Part shown: one piece after another, positions 54,500 through 64,000 of the stretch | Position numbering within the stretch: the stretch's first letter is position 1 | How the letters are laid out: each line of letters begins with the position of its first letter | Made by a program: the position numbers and the translations under genes | The notes under the pieces: model-generated | Seen by the model: only the letters and a program-made list of their open reading frames with translations | Told to the model about the DNA's origin: nothing | The model's database searches: none | Assembly (NCBI RefSeq): GCF_009914755.1 | Contig: NC_060929.1 | Reading direction: 5' to 3' (one strand) | Length of the DNA stretch: 64,000 bases | Source of the DNA: the human T2T-CHM13v2.0 reference genome, Homo sapiens

Positions 54500-57400
54500 T
54501 TAGACAGAACCCACGTTACAAACAAGGTCCCTTACAGTTCTAGTGCATGCTCAGAACAAATTGAGGGGCAAAGACCTAACAAGAGGGGCATCAACAAATC
54601 TGGTATGTGGCCCTGCTCAAGCATGATCCTGTTATCATTCTAGAAAGGGGAAAGCAGAAGTAAACCAAGCCATAAATGAGCCTCTCTCACTCCCGGGGTT
54701 TTTGAAAAGGGGATGTAAAAGAGGCCATGTATTATTTACAGCCGAGGAAGCAAGGACCTCAGATGGTACTGAAACAACGAATATAGCCTATATCAATGCC
54801 AGCTTGTCCACATTACATGCAAGCCTTGTGGTTGTCTCTGGATGCCCCGTTTTCTATTACAAATTCATCACAACCATGATTGGATACTGTCAAGCTTCAC
54901 AAAAAGACAAGAGCCAGCTGTCAAACTAAATTCTTCTCATTGTTTACCAAAAGGAGGCAAAAAAGATTCTAATTATTCTAGCCCCACGAAACAGGTAAAT
55001 AAGAAACACAGAGTCACATGTTCTGCCATAGAACAACTCACAGTTAGAATTTATTCTGCTTCCAAGGACAGCCACAGTGACTGCAGGGGTATGGCTGCAA
55101 AGTTCATATTATTTAATAAGCAAATTGGATCAAGAGGCTGAAGGCTTTATGTTTTCATATTTATTAAGTAAAGATGTATTCAAAACACAAAAGCAGAAAG
55201 GGGAAGGGAAAATCATGGTTGAGGGCACACATGCTTTTCAGAGGAGTATGGTATAAAGAGACCAGCCCACATCTAACCTGAATGTCACCTGTGATGTAGT
55301 ATGCACACATCACCCTGTTTAATCATGATGTAGGCCTTTAAAGTAGATGCTGTTGATTCTTCTCATCTTACAAGTGTGATATAACTGAGTCTCAGAGGAA
55401 GAATAATGTGCCCAGGGCCACACAGCTGGTCAGTGGCAGAGCCAGGAATTGAGGTGTCTACCTGACTCCACAGTTTTTAATTTAGATAAACTCTAAGCTT
55501 ATCTAACTACAAAAACAGAGCAAAGAGTATTAGGAAGCCAGTATTAGCTAACATAAATGAGAAATGGATACTAAGCAAGAGAAAGTAAATGTGAGAAGGG
55601 GAACCCTTGTTACTCTGTGAGACACAGCTGACCTTGGTGCAGCAAGTTTTCTGAATGCAAAGCCCAGAGACAGCTTCACCTTGGAGGAGTGAGGCCGTCT
55701 ACCAAGCCCTGTGAAAAGGAGCACCTGAACAGAACCGAGACAACCTCAGACTTGCTTCAAGCCCGTGTTCACAAAATAATCCAATGGGTGCACTGAGCCC
55801 AGTGACAGCGGCTGCCCTCACCTTGCCCTACATGTCCTCTTTGGAAGAGCTGGCATCTTATATCACAACTCGACAGTCAGCTGCCCCTTAAACAGTGAGA
55901 CTCTCAGTTATGGCTCTGGGGGAAGGACTTACTAGAGACCATCTCCATAGTTTCATAGGTCAGAAGAAAGCACCTTTGAAGTGTTAGCCCAATTTTACAT
56001 TTAAACAGAAGAGAATGCTGCTTGAAGGATCAGATGATCAAAGCAGAGATTGACCATGCTGGTCTGTAAAAGTATGCCCTTTAGGTGTAAGCCCATTTTA
56101 CAGGTAGCAAAACTGAGTCCGAGAATTTAACTGGATAGGCCATCCAGGTTCACTATGACTTGCTTAAAAGCAGTGTTGGACTCAGGTGACTCTAAGCCTC
56201 ACAGTCTATCACTAGGTTGCACTATCTTACCCCTTTATAGTCACACGATACAGAATAAATAAAAGTGAATCAACTGAGCGGATCAAAATAAAAACAGAAG
56301 TAAATCACTTGAGCAAGCAGGAGGCTGGCTCCAAGTGCTCAGAGTCTAGTGGAATCACTGTTTAACCTTTGAAAAAGGAAGTAGGTTAAATTTAAGGACA
56401 TGGATGGATACTACCAAACTTAAATTAAATAGGCAAGTTCACTCACTTTTAATTAGCCACAATCTTAATTAAGCAGCCACCTATAAAAAGCCCAGTAACC
56501 ACCATTACCAGTGAAGCTATATAACATTCCTGCAGGAGAAGATCCAGGCTTGGCTCTTGGATGTAGGTTATCTAGAGAGCCTCATTAGTCCACTGAGATC
56601 CCACTGGCTAATGGACCACTCAGGGGCCTGTGTCCGCCTGAAGTACCCAGCCTCAGTCTCAGCCTAGCCACCTGCAGCCCAACACCCCTCAACCTACAGT
56701 CTTCTGTTAGCATCTGATTAGGTGTTAAGGTGTCTATAAGGTCCCCTTATTTCCTGCCTGGGCAGCTGCTATAACAGTCTTGGCCAAACTGCAGTTGTAA
56801 AGTGAACTAAGTCCATAGCTAATAGGTCAGGTGATAAGATGTGAGAGAACTAGCTGTCTTTTGCTTGTGTTCACAGCCTGCTCTAAACTGGTAGGGCTCT
56901 AACAAGCCACTTGATCTATTTCCCCAAGGAACTAAAAGGTCTACCGGAAAGGATGATAACAACAAATAGGGGTGGCAGGCAATCGCGCTTCCCTAGATCC
57001 AGGCTCTCTGGCCTACATAGCAAAGGCAAAATCACATGCGGAAGGAGGGGCTATAAGGATTCTCCAAGTGTTAGGAAGCTTTAAATGATGCACACCAAAG
57101 GAGGAGCTTAAAATACCAAGGAGAAAGTCTCCAGATTAAAACAAAGAAAAGCCCTAATTCTAAGGGGGAAAACTTGTTCCTGAATCACAGCTAAAGAATG
57201 TAGAGCTATTCAGTATTAGTGTCCCTTCTGCTGAAAAAACCAAACAGACAAAACAACTACAAAACTTAGAATGGGGTGGGGTGAAGAGCAGGAGCTAGCA
57301 CAACAATACAGAGATATCCGAATGGTTTCAGAATCTGAGCATGTCGAGCTGCAAAAAGGTGGTGCCAGGAGAACCCAGGGCAGGGGCAAGAGGAAGTGTA

Positions 57401-58465
57401 TGAAACATCCTCTGAGTGGATTCCCTTACTGGGTGTGGGGAACAAGGGATTGTCTAAATCTAAGAGGCAGAGAAAAATAAATGTCTCTCAAGTTTACCAT
57501 CTCTTGAACACAGCCCCATTACCATGTGCATGGCCATCTGCAGGACCAAGGCAAGTACTCTGAAGTGGGCAAGGAAGATGGAGTGGAGGGCAGAGCATGG
57601 TGCCTGGCACGAAGCAGGCACGACCCTGATAGCTGGATCTCAGCAGCAGGCTGGAAGGGCCCATCCTCTCTGGATTATATAGATGACTTAAAATGAACAG
57701 AAATCATCAAATCCAAAAACGATAATCACCTCCTTTTAGCATTCTCCATTACATTCAAGTTCTCAAGCATCACCGAGCAGAAGGAAGGAGGCTGCTTACC
57801 TGCCTTTGCTCCTGGTCTCTTCCCATCCAATGTTAGAAGTGGGAAAGGCTGGTCTCCCCCATCTGCCTCCGCACCAGTACTCCACATTTTTCTGACCCTT
57901 CTTCTTCTTCTTGGGTTTGTGAGCCTGGGCTTTCCTTCTGTCATTCTCTTCTTCTATCTCTTCATAGGAATAAGAGGAGGTCCCCTCACTTTTTAACATC
58001 TCTCCTTCTGGCCACAGCCTAACCAGGAACATCGTTGGTCATTGTGGGGAAACTGGCCCTGGAGGCCCATCCTAGGCATGGCCCTACCGAATCCAGAGGG
58101 CAGGCACCTAGAAGCCTTCCTGCTGGGCCATGTTCCTTTAGACAGGTGGAAGCCCTCAGCTGAGCAAAGGGGAGAAACAGGAGTGCAAGGGAACTGAAGA
58201 TGATAATCATGGGGCTCTCTGACCTCACAGTGATGCAGGCAGAGGTTTCCTCGCCACATCTCCGTACATCAGAGAACAGAAGGAAGCCAGGTCATGGGGC
58301 TGAGGATGGGCGACTTGATTTTTAAGACAGCAGGATGCAACAGTTTCTTTTTTCTAGGACAGTTAAAATGACGCAATTGATTATAGAACAGCGATGAGAA
58401 AGAGCAGCCCCCAGTGGGCCACCACTCCCCATGAAGGCCAAAGGCTTTAACACCTTGATTTAGGT

Positions 58466-58741
58466 GTAGTGTCAAGTTGTTGTTTTTCTCTCTTCTATGG
58501 GACAATGTTGGACTTTAACTGATTCAACAGAAATTTCTCAAGAATGTCTGCATGTGCTAAGTACTGTACAAGCCCTGGATAAGTTAGGTTACCACCATGC
58601 ACACCTACCTGCTGGATGCCTAGATTTCTTTATGACGTATGCAAGACAGATTCAGTCATTTGTCAAATATGACCATTTTTTGTTTTCCCCCCACTACAGA
58701 ACTAGAAGATGATGTTTATGTCACTTTTTGAGCTTAGATCT
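58466..58741 (+). repeat. Left arm of ~275-bp inverted duplication
   Basis: Reverse complement of 60729-61001, about 89-90% identical by manual alignment. Confidence 0.95.
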
Positions 58742-59281
58742 CATTCCAGTGTGCTGGGGCTAGTGCCACATGCCCCTTCCTTCACCATGGCACCCACCCA
58801 CCAGGCTCTAAGGAAGCACCCACACCTGAGAGTAACCAAAGACAATACCTGAAATGTTTTGGTAAGGCCAAGCTATTAGATCAAGGTCACCCTTTGAAAA
58901 CACCTTTGAGATGTGCAGTCTAGAAGGCTTTCCCTTCAGAAAAGAACATTCTCTGGACAACCTTGTTGTCAACGTTGATAAACTGTGAAACACAAGGTAC
59001 TGTTCTTTCACTAAGAAATTTTCCCTCTTCTCAACATGGGATTACATATTGTCTGTAGGAAATTTGTGAGTTAAAAAAGCATATGCAGAAAATAGCACCT
59101 ATACCCCCTACCTTTTTATAATTAGCATATGTCTTCGTGTGTACTTGTATATGTGGATTAAAGACACACATGCATGGGCTTTGGATCGGGTGTGCCAGAA
59201 AGAATCCTAGCTCTGAAACTAACAGTGTGATGTGCAATTTAACAAGCTTCACAGTTCGCTTATTATTAAAATGGGAGTTAC

Positions 59282-59460
59282 ACCTCCTTTTCCATAAGTT
59301 TGTAAGGACTAAGAGATGATACATGCAAAGCACACAACACAGTCCAAACAAGGAAGAACCTGCTAAGCCTCCTTATACCTCCTTCTCCATAGGTTTATCA
59401 ACTAAGAGATGACACATGCAAAGCATACAACACAGTTCAAACAAGGAAGAACCTACTAAG
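59282..59460. repeat. Near-tandem duplication, 2 x ~84 bp, in MIR-like sequence
   Basis: acctcctt(t/c)tccata...actaagagatga(t/c)acatgcaaagca(c/t)acaacacagt(c/t)caaacaaggaagaacct(g/a)ctaag twice. Confidence 0.92.
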
Positions 59461-59499
59461 TAGTAGATGTCAGTATGAAAGTTTTTCCATTAGGCCTTG

Positions 59500-60022
59500 G
59501 GATTGTTTTCTATGGCTGCTGTAACAAATACATGAACTTAGTGGCTTAAACCAACACATGTTTATTGTCTACAGCTCTGGAAGTCAGAAGTCTAAAACCA
59601 TTTCGTTAGGCCTAAATCAAGGTGTTATCAGGGCCAGGCTTCCCCGGAAGGCTCTGGGGTAGAATTTATTTCCTCAGCTCTTCCTATTCTAGCTTCTGGT
59701 AGCTGCCAGCATTCCTTGGCTCGTGGCCCCTTCATATTCAAGGCCAGCAGCACAGAATCTTCCAGTCTCTCTCAGACTCTGACTCTTTGCTTCCGTTATG
59801 ACATCTTTTTCTTCTGACTCTCATTTTCCTCCCTCCCTCTTATGAAGACCCTTTTGATTACACTGGGCCTACCTGGATAATACAGGATAACAGCCTCATC
59901 TCAAGATTCTTAATCGCATATGCAAAGATCCTTTTACCATGTAAGGTAAAATATTCAGTAATTCTGGGGATTAGGACATGGACCTCTTGGGGTGGGGGTG
60001 GGCAGGCATTCAACCCAACAGA
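59500..60022 (-). mobile_element. MaLR LTR (MLT1C/D/E-like)
   Basis: ggctgctgtaacaaata...cttagtggcttaaa...tctggggattaggacatggacctcttgggg...attcaaccc. Confidence 0.85.
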
Positions 60023-60728
60023 TGTTCTTATTATATTAAGCTATTTGAGAATGGTAACATGGGGTTGTTGGAAATATTTTCTCCTGTTTGTCTACATTCT
60101 TTCCATAAAAGTAACATGTTTGTTGTCAAATCCTCTTATCTACCCTTTTGTCATTTCTCCCACTAACGTTAAGCCTAGGAATTCTCTCCGTATCTTGTCA
60201 GGATAGTGTTTGTGTATGCGTGGGTGTGGGTGTATGTACTTCACTCATTGTTACAAATTCAAACGATAGAGAAATACATAAAGTAGGAATAAAATTTGTT
60301 CCCCACCTCCAATTCTGTTTCTCCTAGGAAACCGCTTCATAGCCTGGGATCCACTCATCCAGAGTTTATGCTATTCATTCACACACTGCACTTCCATTTG
60401 TTTATGGGGTCAATTTGTACACCTAAGTCTATAGTCCAGCTGGGATTTACTTTAGTGAATGCTACATATACACCTAGGAATTCCTCCTCTCATTTGTTTT
60501 TTTTCGAAGGAATGATTAACTGAAGCACAATTTGGGTAATAGTTGTTATTTTTCTATGAAAGTGTATTTTGTGACCTATTCCTGTTTTTGTCCAGTACCA
60601 CACCTGGGGATCATCTACCTGCCAGTTCTACCTCATGTTTACAGGTACCACTATTCACATGGTGGCAGCTGCACAAACTGAAGAAACAGCACTTGGGAAA
60701 AATTACACAGGCTCCAGAGGACTCCTAT

Positions 60729-61001
60729 AGATCTAAGCTTATAAAGTAACATAAACATCATCGTCTAGTCCTGTGATTGGCGGAAAACAAAAAATGGTCA
60801 TATCTGACAAATTACTGAATCTGTCTTGGATATGTCATAAAGAAATCCAGGCATCCAGCAGGGGGACATGGTGATAACCTAACTTATCCAGGGCTTGTAC
60901 AATACTTAGTACATGCAAAACACTCTTGAGAAACGTCTGTTGAATCAGTTAAAGTCCAACATTGCCCCATAGAAGAGAGAAAAACAACAACTTGACACTA
61001 C
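60729..61001 (-). repeat. Right arm of ~275-bp inverted duplication
   Basis: Reverse complement of 58466-58741; the ORF track shows the mirrored peptide HRREKNNNLTL on both strands. Confidence 0.95.
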
Positions 61002-61015
61002 TCAAAAGGCCTCCT

Positions 61016-61356
61016 GGTCTGCGTGGGGGCTCACTCCCTGAATACCGACAATTTAGGAGGCCCAGGCAGGAGGACTGCCTTAAGTCAGGAGTTCAATATC
61101 AGCCTGGGCAACAAAGTAAGAATCTGTCTGTACAAAAAAATAAAAACTAACCGAGCATGCATGTGTGTAGTCCCAGCTACTCGGAAAGCTGATGCAAGAG
61201 GATCACTTGAGCCCAAGAGTTGGAGGCTGCAGCGAACCAAGATTACATCACTGCACTTCATCCTGGGCGACAAAGGAAGACCCTGCCTCAAAAAAGAAAA
61301 GAAGAAAGAGGAAGAAAAAGAAGAAAGGGGAAGGGAAAGGGAAAGGGGAAGGGAAG
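61016..61356 (+). mobile_element. AluJ with tail expanded into a homopurine (GA-rich) tract
   Basis: Diverged dimer; TSD aggcctcct; 61290-61359 is all purine. Confidence 0.87.
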
Positions 61357-63049
61357 AGGCCTCCTGATTCCCTATGATGAGTGATGAATGCTGCTCCGTA
61401 GAAAGATTTTGGCAATCTTGAATTCCTTCATCTATATATAGTCATTCCTCGAGGACTCATTGTGAAAATGAATCTAGATGTAGTGTACAAAGCAAACGCA
61501 ATAAACCAAGGCCAAAATAGCCATAAAATCAAAAAGAGAACATGGCCCCCACAGCAGGCCTCACTTCTGTTGTCAGTGACAACATCACAGCCAGGCTGGT
61601 GGTTCCACTGTTGGGAGCAGTGATGTTTAACTCTGAATAGAACCAGGCTGCCCCAGAAGCATCCATGCCCATTTCAGATAGTGATTGTGCCCTAGGCTTT
61701 CCCAGTGCACAGTGTGGACTAAATATACCAAAGCGTTTGTTGAAGGGAACAGTAAAGGAAGCCAGCTCCAAGACCACACACAGATCACACTTGGTGTGAA
61801 GACAGCAATGGACCTCGTGAGGGTGTCGATCAATATCCATGCTGCAACAGCAGCATTCTCAACAGTGTGTGCTCGGAAGGGTTGACCAGTGTTCCTTAAC
61901 GGCACCCAGCATCGGGAATGTAGAACCTCTACCAGCACATACAGGCAGAAAGCAAATTATAACAACCAGGACACAGTGAGTTTCACTAATAGAATTAGAC
62001 CTACAATCTGGTCTCAACCAGATACAAACTGTCTGCTTAGGTCTGGTGTAATTTACAACAGCCTCAAACATGTTTCTCATCTCTTCGTATGACAGGCAGG
62101 TTAAACTTTCTCAGTGTCGCCACTCCCCTTTAATGCATTTCCAATTGCATGTGAAATTTATCACCCATCTGTGGGCTCTGGGCCTCCTGAGATCACCAGG
62201 ACTCTGCAAACTGACACAGCCATGGGCCTGAGAAAGAAAGGTAATCTTAAGCACCCTTAGAAGAAACGGGCTGGAAGAAAAAGCCAGATGGAGGGTGCAG
62301 AGGACATCCTGGCAAACAGGTCAGTAAGCCATCTCTGGCTCTGGGATGTTTGCTAACAGTTGAAGATATTTTCACTTCTCAAACTCCTTTGACCACAATA
62401 TTCCCCTTCTCAAAAATCTTTGGTGGCAGTGCCCTTCTGCCTGTGTTCCAAATACCACCATCTGGCTTTCAGGGTCTCTCATCTGGCGCCTCCTCTCTCT
62501 CAGCTCCCTCTACTCTTCTACATGTGGGTCATGGTGGTCAAGTCACAGCTGGCTTCTTTTGCATCTGTCACCCCCTCAGGGAGAAGGATGTTTTCTCTTC
62601 CAACTACTGAAATCCTACCATCCTTAAAGAGCTAGTGCCAAATGACCTCATGCATGAAACCCCACAGGCAGCTCAGGCAGCAGTAGACTTCATTCTTTTC
62701 GATTGTTTACTTGTGCCTCGGTTGGCACATAGTGTCTTTCACTGGAGTCATGCTGGGAGTCACTTCTATTGGTGATATACCTATGGGTGAGATACCGTAA
62801 GTAATGGGAAATATCTTCATTCCCATCTCCCTTGCTTGTGCCAACACCTAGTGCTGGGTTTTAGAAGCATTGCTGGATGGATGAATGACCCTCTTTCCTG
62901 ACATCAGGCTCTCATGACCTGGGTCACAGTCGGGTGCCCAGGAGGTTAGCAGGTGAGCCCTGATGGAAGTGGGTGAAGTGAGCAAGAGGGAGCAGTAGGG
63001 CCCATAGCAACCTGGAGAGGTCATGTCTCATTTACTACCAGGCATCTGC

Positions 63050-63555
63050 TTCTCAACTCCAGCATTTGTTGCTAGGTGGGAATATGGGCCCCATGTTGCT
63101 AGATACTATGATTTTGTAAGAAAATCCAGAAATAGGGATTTTTAAGTGAAATATTTTGATGTATAAGGGCTACTTACCAATGTTAATTTAAAAAATACTC
63201 GGTCGGGCGCAGTGGCTCACGCCTATAATCCCAGCACTTTGGGAGGCCAAGGTGGGAGATAATGAGGTCAGGAGATCGAGACCATCCTGGCTAACACGGT
63301 GAAACCCCATCTCTATTAAAAATACAAAAAATTAGCCGAGCGTGGTGGCACATGCCTGTAATCCCAGCTACTCAGGAGGCTGAGGCAGGAGAATCGCTTG
63401 AACTGGGGAGGCAGAGGTTTCAGTGAGCCAAGATCACTCCAGCTTGGGTGACAGAACAAGACTCTATCTCAAAAATCAGTCAATCAATCTGTGGGCAAAC
63501 AGAAGCACGTCTGCAGGTTCTGGCTGAGTTTGGGCCCTGTGATCTGGAACCTCCA
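63050..63555 (+). mobile_element. MER103-like hAT element interrupted by an Alu
   Basis: gggccccatgttgctagata...gaaatagggatttttaagtgaaat before the Alu and gggcaaacagaagcacgtctgcagg after it. Confidence 0.6.
63201..63489 (+). mobile_element. AluSc/Y-like with small deletion and (CAAT)n tail
   Basis: gaggtcaggagatcgagaccatcctggctaacacggtg. Confidence 0.9.
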
Positions 63556-64000
63556 CTAATGGTCTTTGGAACAATTAATTAAGGGTGCCATCCTACATGT
63601 AACATTGAAATAAAAGATGCAGTGTCTGCCCTCATGGAGCTTAAAACCTGGTTCTGGAAATGTAAGATGTATACATGGAAATCTGAGCAAGAAACGGTGG
63701 CATATGTTGATATTGTGGAATTAGGACTTCAGACTTTTTGGAGCCAGGGAGCTGTGGTGGGCTGGAGGGTCCGCTCCACTGTCACGGGCTTCTTTCTTAA
63801 ATACGTTCTGGGTCGATGGGGAGATGTTGGTCAAAGGAGATATAATTACAATTCAAAAGGGGGAATTTTCTTTTCCTAAACCAGTTTTCAGACCCCCAAT
63901 TTTTTTTTAAGCCCAAATAGGCAAACAAAGAGAGAGGAGATAGGTGACTGCTTGGGCTAGGGGAGAGGATAGGTAGGTAGCGGGGAAAGAAGTGAAGAAT

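Noticed and set aside
57796-58032. ORF with EEIEEE and KPKKKKK (NLS-like) as a processed pseudogene
   Set aside because: Low-complexity purine sequence; no poly(A), TSD or recognisable parent protein
60856-60869. CTCF-like ccagcagggggaca in the right arm only
   Set aside because: Mismatch in the core GGC position; a motif alone is not sufficient evidence
58466-61001. Inverted repeat read as a Mutator/foldback transposon
   Set aside because: No outer TSD, no transposase remnant, and the spacer looks like ordinary intron with older repeats

Overview
Primate (human-like) nuclear DNA from inside the MCC gene (MCC regulator of WNT signaling, 'mutated in colorectal cancers'), which is transcribed on the minus strand. 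Two coding exons are well supported: 17962-18075 (114 nt, LHSAALASLKGDIVELNKRLQQTERERDLLEKKLAKAQ) and 7766-7908 (143 nt, CEQSHLMREHEDVQERTTLRYEERITELHSVIAELNKKIDRLQGTTI-R). Both have canonical AG/GT boundaries and join in frame. The rest is intron, dense with Alu, L1, L2, MIR, CR1, MaLR/ERVL and DNA-transposon fossils. Repeat family names and most repeat boundaries are by-eye estimates, not RepeatMasker output. I see no convincing new multi-gene system. The most interesting unexplained structures are a ~275-bp non-Alu inverted duplication enclosing ~2 kb (58466-61001), a permuted L1-Alu-L1 mosaic with microhomology joins (4053-4620), a 22-nt micro-retroinsertion with tail and target-site duplication (TSD) at 1074-1139, and two ATG-to-phase-0-donor segments that could be unannotated MCC 5' exons.
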